Below are positions 56,647-64,000 of a stretch of 64,000 bases of DNA, in pieces. How positions within the stretch are numbered: the stretch's first letter is position 1; each line of letters starts with the position of its first letter. The stretch is from Bacteroidales bacterium (GTDB lineage: Bacteria > Bacteroidota > Bacteroidia > Bacteroidales > WCHB1-69), in contig JAFSOZ010000012.1 in the NCBI GenBank assembly GCA_017443175.1, positions 38,921 to 102,920 of the forward strand, read 5' to 3'. The position numbers were made by a program, and so were the translations under genes. The notes beneath the pieces are model-generated. The model did no database searches and was not told the DNA's origin. It worked only from the letters and a program-made list of their open reading frames with translations.

Positions 56647-57858
56647 CTAAACCGTGGCAATGTTGATGATGACCTCCATGGCCTTCACCATGGACTCCAA
56701 CGGCACGTATTCGTATTTGCCGTGGAAGTTGTGCCCGCCCGCGAAAATGTTGGGGCAAGGCAGTCCACGGAACGACAGATTGGCTCCGTCAGTACCGCCG
56801 CGAATGGGTTGCACTACCGGTTTCACTCCCGCCTTCTCCATGGCCTTCATCGCCCGCTCCACCACGTAAAACACCGGCTCCACCTTCTCGCGCATGTTGT
56901 AGTACTGATCCTTGATCTCGCACGTCAGGCGGTTGTTGTACTTCACGTTCAGATAGTCCGTAATCTGTTGAATCTGTTTTTTCTTGGCTTCGAACTTCTC
57001 TTTGTCGTGGTCACGGATAATATAGTTGAGTTGGCTGTTCTCCACGCTGCCCTCCATGTGGATGAGCAGGAAGAAGCCTTCATAATCCTGCGTATATTGC
57101 GGCCGCTCAAATTCGGGCAACATGCTGTTGAACTCCATGGCGATGAGTTGGGAGTTTACCATCTTGTTCTTGGCATATCCCGGATGGATATTGCGCCCCT
57201 GAATCTTGATCACGGCGGAAGCTGCGTTGAAGTTCTCATACTCCAGCTCGCCGATGGCTCCGCCGTCCATGGTGTAGGCATAGTCGCAGCCGAACTTCTC
57301 CACATCGAAATACTTGACCCCTTGGCCAATCTCCTCGTCAGGGGTGAAAGCAACCTTGATAGGGCCATGCTTGATTTCCGGGTGCTGGATCAGATACTCC
57401 ATGGCGCACACAATCTCGGCCATGCCGGCTTTGTCGTCGGCACCCAGCAGAGTCTTACCGTCTGTAGTGAGCAGTGTTTGTCCCTTGTAACCTGCCAATT
57501 CCGGAAAATCGGCCAAGGTGAGGGCGGTGTTGGTTTCAGCGTCCAGCATGATGTCCTGACCATCATAGTTTTCGATGATGCGCGGCGCGCTGATGCCCGG
57601 CATATCCGGCGCAGTGTCCATGTGCGCGATAAACCCGATGGTGGGCTCGTCGCCACCCGCATTGCCCGGCAGCAAGGCCGACACATAACCATATTGGTCT
57701 TTTGCCACCTCTGTCATGCCAATGGATTTCAGTTCCTCCACCATCACATCGGCGAAATCCAGCAATGCCTTCGTGCTGGGATAACTCTCGGAAGTCTCGT
57801 CAGAAGTGGTAGCGAATGAGATATACTTGGAAAATCGTTTCAACAGTTCTTCTTTCAT
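56647..57858 (-). CDS. pepT: peptidase T (tripeptide aminopeptidase)
   Basis: It starts at MKEELLKRFSKYISF..., with HMDTAPD, GADDKAG, and a C-terminal GGTDG. Confidence 0.9.
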   Translation of the reverse strand: MKEELLKRFSKYISFATTSDETSESYPSTKALLDFADVMVEELKSIGMTEVAKDQYGYVSALLPGNAGGDEPTIGFIAHMDTAPDMPGISAPRIIENYDGQDIMLDAETNTALTLADFPELAGYKGQTLLTTDGKTLLGADDKAGMAEIVCAMEYLIQHPEIKHGPIKVAFTPDEEIGQGVKYFDVEKFGCDYAYTMDGGAIGELEYENFNAASAVIKIQGRNIHPGYAKNKMVNSQLIAMEFNSMLPEFERPQYTQDYEGFFLLIHMEGSVENSQLNYIIRDHDKEKFEAKKKQIQQITDYLNVKYNNRLTCEIKDQYYNMREKVEPVFYVVERAMKAMEKAGVKPVVQPIRGGTDGANLSFRGLPCPNIFAGGHNFHGKYEYVPLESMVKAMEVIINIATV

Positions 57859-57960
57859 AGTATGTGATTTTAATGGGTTGTGATGAAATAAAGCGGGGGC
57901 AAATATACAAAAAAAGGAAGGGTATGAAAACAAAAAAGCCCCGAAAAATTCGAGGCTCTG

Positions 57961-58033
<73 letters not shown>

Positions 58034-58150
58034 ATCTCAGTTTTGAGGCTGCAAAAATACAATTTTTTTTCATTCAAACCGCATTTGAAATGAAAAAATT
58101 TATATTTAATTGATATTTAAACAGATAAAAGATTGAAAACACTTATTCTC

Positions 58151-58249
58151 CCCTTTTACCCCCTTCACCTCCTGTACCTCTTTTACCCCTTTTACCCCCT
58201 TTACCTCCTTTACCTCCTGTACCTCTTTTACCTCCTTTACCCCTTGCAC
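58151..58249. repeat. 9-nt period C-tract array (11 clean units)
   Basis: The units are CCCTTTTAC CCCCTTCAC CTCCTGTAC CTCTTTTAC CCCTTTTAC CCCCTTTAC CTCCTTTAC CTCCTGTAC CTCTTTTAC CTCCTTTAC CCCTTGCAC. It abuts the stop codon (58258..58260) of the C-N hydrolase gene. Confidence 0.9.
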
Positions 58250-58257
58250 CCAGCACA

Positions 58258-59028
58258 CTAATCCCATTGTTTTGAAACCGGAAAAGAAGCGCGATATTGC
58301 CGCAACGACTCGAAATCCAAAGAATACATCAACACTTCTTCCTGATGGCATTCCGTTTGTGCAAGAATTTCCCCTTGGGGAGAGATGACAGCGGTACCTC
58401 CCGCGTGCGCATGACCCTCACCATCATAGCCGATGCGGTTCACCACCAACACGTAGGCCTGGTTTTCAATGGCGCGCGCCGTGGCCAATTTCAGCAATAC
58501 CTGCTCGCGAGGCTCCGGGAAATTGGCCGTGTATATCAGACAGTCGTACAGGAATTGTCCGTCCTGAACCGCATTTCGACTCCAAACAGGGAAACGAACA
58601 TCATAGCAGATGAGCGGAAGCCAACGCTGGCCTGAACTTTCCACAATCGTGAACTTATCGCCTGATATGCATATTCTTTGTTCCGAGCCAAAAAAAAGAT
58701 GCTTTTTGTCATACCAACCTCGAACACAGTCCGGCGACATCCAAATCAGGCGATTGACGATTTTCTCCCCGTCCCGAATGGGAAGTGTAGCCACCGTGTC
58801 ACAGTTGTAACGTTGCGCTATTTTTTGCAGAAACGTCACGCTACGGCCCTCCATGGACTCGGCATGTTGGTCAAAATCAGCGGAGAAACCGCAATTGAAC
58901 ATCTCAGGAAACACAATCAAATCTACAGGTTCCTGAATTTTGTCTTTCAACAAGACCTCATAATGAGTAAGATTATCCTCTACATCATGAGGCCGGATAT
59001 CGGACTGAATGAGTGCTACGGTGACCAT
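58258..59028 (-). CDS. carbon-nitrogen hydrolase family amidohydrolase (YafV/omega-amidase-like)
   Basis: 256 aa with the nitrilase-superfamily Glu-Lys-Cys pattern (FPEMF...; LICYDVRFP). Confidence 0.8.
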   Translation of the reverse strand: MVTVALIQSDIRPHDVEDNLTHYEVLLKDKIQEPVDLIVFPEMFNCGFSADFDQHAESMEGRSVTFLQKIAQRYNCDTVATLPIRDGEKIVNRLIWMSPDCVRGWYDKKHLFFGSEQRICISGDKFTIVESSGQRWLPLICYDVRFPVWSRNAVQDGQFLYDCLIYTANFPEPREQVLLKLATARAIENQAYVLVVNRIGYDGEGHAHAGGTAVISPQGEILAQTECHQEEVLMYSLDFESLRQYRASFPVSKQWD

Positions 59029-59030
59029 TT

Positions 59031-59795
59031 TTAATAAGTGATGATGATTTTGTCGCCCACCTTGAAGTCCGCAAGTATGGCCACATCGCCCTGATACATG
59101 GCAATTTCAAGACAACCCAACGCATTACCAGTCAAATAGAATTCCTCTTCCGGGCTGTAACTTTCATGATAAATCTGGCATTTCCATTCTTTTTTGGATT
59201 GAATGGTGGCCTGGAACGTGCCTTTGCCCACCGCTTCCTTGAACATGTTCACCGGAATATTGGTAATGGCATTGAAATAGGCGTCTATATATACAATATC
59301 GCCTTCTATTCTCCTGTCATTGGCAAAATGTATAGGCAACGCGGAGAACATTCTCTTGAAATTCGCATATTCAACGGTGATGGCATCCAACTTGCCGTTT
59401 GCCACCGCCTGGGCCAACTCAATGATTCTGTCCAGTGCGCAGGGAGTGCTGCCGGAATATTGACGGGCGGCAATGGGAAAGTGACGGTTGAACATGAGAC
59501 AGAAGATGCCGTTATCTTCCCCGATGAAGAAATGCTGGTCGTATTCCACCACCACGGGGGCGAAAGTGGAGGTGGCCGTGGCATTGGTCAGCATGATATG
59601 GATGGAACCGGCAGGGAAATTTCGATAGCTCTGCAATGTAAGGAATGCGGTCTGACTCACGTTGAACAAGTCCACCACATGGCTGATATCCATGATTTCC
59701 GCATCGGGAACGGCCGAAAGCAGTTTACCTTTGAACATGGCCACGTACGGATCTCGTGTTCTCCAATCACTGATTAGGGTTACAATGGGTCTCAT
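59031..59795 (-). CDS. SAM hydrolase / SAM-dependent halogenase family protein (DUF62)
   Basis: 254 aa with the IVTLISDWRTRDPYVAMFKG N-terminus typical of the family. Confidence 0.75.
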   Translation of the reverse strand: MRPIVTLISDWRTRDPYVAMFKGKLLSAVPDAEIMDISHVVDLFNVSQTAFLTLQSYRNFPAGSIHIMLTNATATSTFAPVVVEYDQHFFIGEDNGIFCLMFNRHFPIAARQYSGSTPCALDRIIELAQAVANGKLDAITVEYANFKRMFSALPIHFANDRRIEGDIVYIDAYFNAITNIPVNMFKEAVGKGTFQATIQSKKEWKCQIYHESYSPEEEFYLTGNALGCLEIAMYQGDVAILADFKVGDKIIITY

Positions 59796-59864
59796 TGCTT
59801 ATTGGTTTTGCAGGCGCAAAAGTACAAAAAAAGGTGTATTTTTGCACCATCTTAACACGACATA

Positions 59865-60608
59865 ATGATAGAGCAAATATTTATCACTATCGGTGATTAT
59901 TTTATTTTCCTGCGGAAGGTGTTTTCCAAGCCAGACAAGTGGAGCATTTTCTTCAAGAAACTGGTGTTCGAGATGGACACCATGGGCATTGGTTCCATAC
60001 TGATTGTGAGCATAGTGTCCATCGCCATGGGAAGCGTCATCACCACGCAGACAGCCATGCAGATTGAAAGCAGCTGGATTCCCACTTGGACCGTGGGGTT
60101 CGTGTCCCGCACCTCCATTGTGATGGAACTGTGCCCTACTATCATCAGCTTGCTGCTGGTGGGCAACCTCGGTTCCCGCATCACGGCGGAAATTGGCAGT
60201 ATGCGAGTAACAGAACAGATTGACGCCTTGGAAGTTATGGGAATCAACCCCGCTTCATACCTGGTGCTTCCAAAAGTGATTTCATCCCTTATTGTAAACC
60301 CTGTGCTCATCATTTTCAGCATTTTCTTTGCTTTATTAGGCGGCTACCTTACCGTTGCCATAACGGGTTGTGTTTCCACCTACGATTTCATGGATGGTCT
60401 CACCTACTGTTTCCGCGTGTATGATGTGGTCTATGCTGTGGTCAAAACATTCGTTTTCGCCTTCGTGATGTCGTCCGTGGCCGCATTCTATGGCTACAAG
60501 ATTGACGGCGGCGCATTGGAACTGGGCAAGGCGAACACTCAAGGAATTGTAGTTTCCAGTTTTATTGTTTTGGTTATGAACGTGCTGGTCACCCAAATAA
60601 TGCTGTAA
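59865..60608 (+). CDS. MlaE-family ABC transporter permease
   Basis: 247 aa, multi-TM, with ...GSRITAEIGSMRVTEQIDALEVMGINP.... Confidence 0.85.
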   Translation: MIEQIFITIGDYFIFLRKVFSKPDKWSIFFKKLVFEMDTMGIGSILIVSIVSIAMGSVITTQTAMQIESSWIPTWTVGFVSRTSIVMELCPTIISLLLVGNLGSRITAEIGSMRVTEQIDALEVMGINPASYLVLPKVISSLIVNPVLIIFSIFFALLGGYLTVAITGCVSTYDFMDGLTYCFRVYDVVYAVVKTFVFAFVMSSVAAFYGYKIDGGALELGKANTQGIVVSSFIVLVMNVLVTQIML

Positions 60609-60609
60609 G

Positions 60610-61362
60610 ATGATAGAGTTAAAGAAGGTATCGAAATATTTTGGCGACAAACAAGTTTTGTTTGACATTAATACCACTTTTTTGGAAGGCAAAGTGAACC
60701 TGATTATCGGACGCTCCGGTTCCGGCAAAACGGTACTGATGAAGTGTCTGGTGGGTCTTCATTTTCCGGAAGAGGGTGTTGTGTTGTATAACGAGCGCGA
60801 TTTCCATCACATGGAAATGCAGGAACAACGCAAACTGCGCGCGGAGATGGGTATGGTGTTCCAGGGTTCCGCACTGTTCGACTCCATGACCATCCAGGAA
60901 AATGTGATGTTTCCGTTAGACATGTTCACCAACATGACGGACAAGGAGAAGCTGGACCGCGTCAACTTCTGCTTGGAACGAGTGGACCTCCACAATGTAA
61001 ACGCGCTCTATCCTGCAGAATTGAGCGGCGGTATGAAAAAGCGTGCTGCCATCGCGCGCGCCATCGCCTGCAAGCCAAAATACCTGTTCTGCGACGAGCC
61101 CAACTCCGGCCTCGACCCCAAAACCTCGCTGGTTATCGATGAGCTGATCACCGACATCACGCACGAATTCGGCATCACCACGGTGGTGAACACCCACGAC
61201 CTCAACTCTGTCATCACCATCGGGGAAACCATCTCCTTTATTTACGATGGGCATCTTGCCTGGCGCGGCGACAAGGACAATGTGCTGACCTCCGACAGCA
61301 AAGAACTCAACGATTTCATCTATGCCCAACCGCTAACCCAAAGAATCAGACAATCCCTGTAA
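60610..61362 (+). CDS. ABC transporter ATP-binding protein (MlaF-like)
   Basis: It has Walker A GRSGSGKT, the signature LSGGMKKR, and Walker B LFCDEP. Confidence 0.88.
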   Translation: MIELKKVSKYFGDKQVLFDINTTFLEGKVNLIIGRSGSGKTVLMKCLVGLHFPEEGVVLYNERDFHHMEMQEQRKLRAEMGMVFQGSALFDSMTIQENVMFPLDMFTNMTDKEKLDRVNFCLERVDLHNVNALYPAELSGGMKKRAAIARAIACKPKYLFCDEPNSGLDPKTSLVIDELITDITHEFGITTVVNTHDLNSVITIGETISFIYDGHLAWRGDKDNVLTSDSKELNDFIYAQPLTQRIRQSL

Positions 61363-61365
61363 CCC

Positions 61366-61863
61366 ATGACCCTTCTCGACTACATTGTGCTGATTCCGCT
61401 CTGCTGGTTTGCCTTTTTGGGTTTCCGGAAGGGTCTCATTTATGAACTGACCTCCATATTGGCACTCATCCTCGGCGTTTGGGCCTCCTACCGTTTCTCT
61501 GATTCTATAGCGCTATGGCTGCCCGACATGCCCTTTGCAAAACAAATATCTTTCACATTAACATTTTTCATCGTTCTGTTTCTGGTTCATCTGGCCGGAA
61601 AACTGATGTGCAAAGTGGTGAAATTGGTTATCCCCGGCATCGTGGACCATGTCTTTGGACTGCTGTTCGGGGCTGGCAAAGTGATTCTGGTCTGCAGCGT
61701 TCTGTTTTATCTGATTGAGATGATTGACCCGCACGAAATCATCATCAGGAAAGACACCAAAGAAAAATCCCTGGTGTATGAGTATCTCAAGCCTATCGTG
61801 CCGCACGCTTTGGACTGGGAAAAAACAATCTATTCTGAAACACAAGACAACACACAAGAATAA
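61366..61863 (+). CDS. CvpA family membrane protein
   Basis: 165 aa with four TM helices and an N-terminal LDYIVLIPLCWFAFLGFRKG pattern. Confidence 0.75.
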   Translation: MTLLDYIVLIPLCWFAFLGFRKGLIYELTSILALILGVWASYRFSDSIALWLPDMPFAKQISFTLTFFIVLFLVHLAGKLMCKVVKLVIPGIVDHVFGLLFGAGKVILVCSVLFYLIEMIDPHEIIIRKDTKEKSLVYEYLKPIVPHALDWEKTIYSETQDNTQE

Positions 61864-61880
61864 ACAAAACAACATACGTT

Positions 61881-62306
61881 ATGGCTACAATGAAAGAAGT
61901 GGAACAGAATCTGATAGAAGAATTTGAACTCTTTGACGACTGGATGGACAAGTACAACTACATCATCGAGCTCGGCAAAGAGCTGCCCATGATTGACGAA
62001 CAATACAAGACCCCGGAGTTTCTGATTGAGGGATGCCAATCTCAGGTGTGGCTGCACGCCGACTACCACGATGGCAAGGTGTTCTTCACCGCCGACAGCG
62101 ATGCTATTATCACCAAAGGCATTGTGAATCTGTTGATCAGAGTGTTGTCAGAACGCACGCCGCAAGAGATTATCGACAACGATCTCCACTATCTGGACGC
62201 TATCGGATTGAAGGAGCATTTGTCCCCCACGCGTTCCAACGGCTTGGCCTCCATGATCAAGCAAATCAAACTGTATGCCGTGGCTTTCAAAGCAAAAGAG
62301 TGTTAA
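61881..62306 (+). CDS. sufE: SufE-like cysteine desulfuration protein
   Basis: 141 aa with ...EGCQSQVWL...ADSDA.I.KG... (conserved Cys). Confidence 0.85.
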   Translation: MATMKEVEQNLIEEFELFDDWMDKYNYIIELGKELPMIDEQYKTPEFLIEGCQSQVWLHADYHDGKVFFTADSDAIITKGIVNLLIRVLSERTPQEIIDNDLHYLDAIGLKEHLSPTRSNGLASMIKQIKLYAVAFKAKEC

Positions 62307-62326
62307 TATTTAAAACAAAAAAAAGA

Positions 62327-63298
62327 ATGAAAAAGATATTAGGAATCGGAAACGCTTTAGTGGATGTATTGTTAAATATTGAAAATGATGAAATATTGCA
62401 CCAGAACGGCTTGGACAAGGGCGGCATGGTGATGATTGATGCGGACCGGAAGAAAGAGCTGCACGAGCGGATCAAGAATATGAAACAGTCGTGCGCTACG
62501 GGCGGTTCCACTTCCAACACGATACACGGGTTGGCCCGTTTGGGCGCTCCGGCGGGCTACATCGGCAAGATTGGCCATGACGAGATGGGAAACTTTTTCC
62601 GTCGCGAAATGGAACGCTTCCACGTGACCCCGCATCTGATTGAATCGGATGTGGACACGGGCATCGCCACCACCTTTATCTCCAAGGATGCCGAGCGCAC
62701 TTTCGCCACCTACCTCGGTGCCGCCGCCATGATGAATCCTGACGAACTTGACCCCACTGTTTTCGACCAGTATAACTGCGTACATGTGGAAGGTTACCTC
62801 ATCTTCAATCACGACCTCATCTTGAAAGTTTGCCAGATTGCCAAGGAGAAGGGACTGAAAATCTCCATGGACATGGCCAGTTACAACATCATCGAGGCCA
62901 ACTATGACTTTGTGAAGATGCTGCTGACGGACTATGTGGACATCATCTTCGCCAACGAGGAAGAAGCCAAGGCATTCACAAGCAAAGAGGGCCGGGAGGC
63001 GTTGGAAGTGCTGGCAGAATATTGCCCCGTGGCCATCGTGAAAGTCGGCAAGGAGGGTTCCTTCATCAAGATGAACGGCAAAGTCACGCAGGTGGGTGTT
63101 ATTCCGGTGAAAGCCGTAGATACCACCGGTGCAGGCGACATTTATGCTTCAGGGTTCCTTTATGGCTTGATGAATGATTACACGCCAGAGAAAGCCGGCG
63201 AGTTGGCCGCTTATTTGGCCGGTCGTGTCATTGAGCACATTGGCGCCAAGCTCCCCGACGAGGTTTGGGATGAAGTAAGGGAGAAGTTTTTTGCGTAA
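62327..63298 (+). CDS. PfkB family carbohydrate/adenosine kinase
   Basis: It starts at MKKILGIGNALVDVL and has a C-terminal DTTGAGD motif. The longer ORF from 62033 overlaps sufE and was rejected. Confidence 0.85.
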   Translation: MKKILGIGNALVDVLLNIENDEILHQNGLDKGGMVMIDADRKKELHERIKNMKQSCATGGSTSNTIHGLARLGAPAGYIGKIGHDEMGNFFRREMERFHVTPHLIESDVDTGIATTFISKDAERTFATYLGAAAMMNPDELDPTVFDQYNCVHVEGYLIFNHDLILKVCQIAKEKGLKISMDMASYNIIEANYDFVKMLLTDYVDIIFANEEEAKAFTSKEGREALEVLAEYCPVAIVKVGKEGSFIKMNGKVTQVGVIPVKAVDTTGAGDIYASGFLYGLMNDYTPEKAGELAAYLAGRVIEHIGAKLPDEVWDEVREKFFA

Positions 63299-63382
63299 GA
63301 GAGAGAAGAACTAGCAGATAGATACTATTTTTCTATTAAAAAGAGAAAATAGTACATAATACACATACAATTCTTTCAAAAC

Positions 63383-63426
63383 CATATTGATTGTTTAACT
63401 TTTGATAGTTAAATAATCAATATGGA
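63383..63426. repeat. 19-bp inverted repeat (one mismatch) with a 6-nt loop
   Basis: CCATATTGATTGTTTAACT-TTTGAT-AGTTAAATAATCAATATGG lies in an AT-rich intergenic region. Confidence 0.7.
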
Positions 63427-63545
63427 GTTTATATCTCATTGAAAATCAGATATGGAAATATTTTTCAATATTGTTGGAAAATATGAAATATAGCTGTATG
63501 TTTGCAAATCAAGAAAACATTACAATCTTAAAAACAAATAATTGA

Positions 63546-64000
63546 ATGATTATGGAACAAAATATCATTATGAAAACTAACAAATTAGCTTTGTTTGCAG
63601 AATACGAATTGTGGTCCAAAATCCATATCATCCGAGGAGTCCAGGTAATGCTGGATTTCGATCTGGCCGCGATTTACGGATACTCCACAAAACGATTTAA
63701 TGAACAAGTGAAGAACAACATTGAGCGTTTTGACGAGAGTTTTCGCTTTCAACTCACTGATTCTGAGTTTAAATTCTTGAGGTCGAAAATTTCGACCTCA
63801 AGTTGGGGCGGAGCAAGATATCTTCCTTTTGCGTTTACGGAAGAGGGTATCTATATGCTAATGGCTGTGCTGAAAGGCGAACTTGCCGTAAATCAAAGCA
63901 AGAAATTAATCAAGCTCTTCAAACAAATGAAGGACTTCATCATCCAACATCAGAATGTCTTGTCGGGTCCCGAGTTGGTAAGGCTTTCCATGCAGACTAT
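63546..64000 (+). CDS. ORF6N (KilA-N-like) domain protein, partial (runs off the right edge)
   Basis: The frame is open from ATG 63546/63552 to the end of the window. It reads IHIIRGVQVMLDFDLAAIYGYSTKRFNEQVKNNIERF...FRFQLT, the ORF6N signature. Confidence 0.7.
   Translation, partial: MIMEQNIIMKTNKLALFAEYELWSKIHIIRGVQVMLDFDLAAIYGYSTKRFNEQVKNNIERFDESFRFQLTDSEFKFLRSKISTSSWGGARYLPFAFTEEGIYMLMAVLKGELAVNQSKKLIKLFKQMKDFIIQHQNVLSGPELVRLSMQT

Noticed and set aside
58106-58351. ORFs translating the nonamer arrays as repetitive peptides (GVKEVKEVQEVKGVKG here, TPCTPCTPFTPFT at 35536..35724, GVKGVNEVQEVKGV at 41981..42259).
   Set aside because: The arrays occur in both orientations and in different frames relative to any start codon. 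They lack promoters and plausible N-termini, and they overlap real gene ends. The 9-nt period mimics codon periodicity without evidence of coding.
62033-62326. N-terminal extension of the PfkB kinase ORF. The same question applies to the long extensions of pyrH (to 13901), the CDF transporter (to 26926), pepT (to 57990) and bcp (to 25786).
   Set aside because: The extensions overlap neighbouring genes or promoters and have no family-like sequence. In each case an internal methionine matches the conserved N-terminus of the family.

Overview
The window looks like a Bacteroidota (Bacteroidales-like) chromosomal segment. This rests on TAnnTTTG -7 promoter boxes, a T9SS C-terminal sorting domain, lipobox lipoproteins and no Shine-Dalgarno use. 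About 70 genes are present and most are housekeeping: tdk, pta, rpsF-rpsR-rplI, pyrG, gcvH, frr, pyrH, PFOR/nifJ, bcp, rpe, rfbC, hydG, serS, rsmA, gap, amn, aroB, typA, mreB, pepT, sufE, two C69 dipeptidases and two M16 peptidases. There is one tRNA-Phe and there are several clear hairpin terminators. No rRNA, CRISPR array, transposase or integrase was seen. Main observations: (1) A cobalamin riboswitch with its own terminator controls a single gene for a T9SS-sorted protein made of two tandem ~150-aa domains. I read this as a candidate new extracellular corrinoid-capture factor. (2) An AT-rich accessory island (about 20.1-25.2 kb) lies between nifJ and bcp. It holds a type II-like R-M pair, decayed gene remnants, and an overlapping two-gene cassette. 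The cassette encodes an anchorless GT51 peptidoglycan-glycosyltransferase-like protein and a Pol-beta-type nucleotidyltransferase, and is a candidate undescribed defence or toxin module. (3) A dispersed family of 9-nt-period, G-free, C-tract arrays starts right after stop codons at six or more loci and has G-quadruplex/i-motif potential. (4) A GC-rich structured element occurs twice, each time between divergent promoters. (5) An ECF sigma operon and a downstream lipoprotein gene share a duplicated promoter-like motif. All family assignments come from reading motifs by eye. No searches were run.
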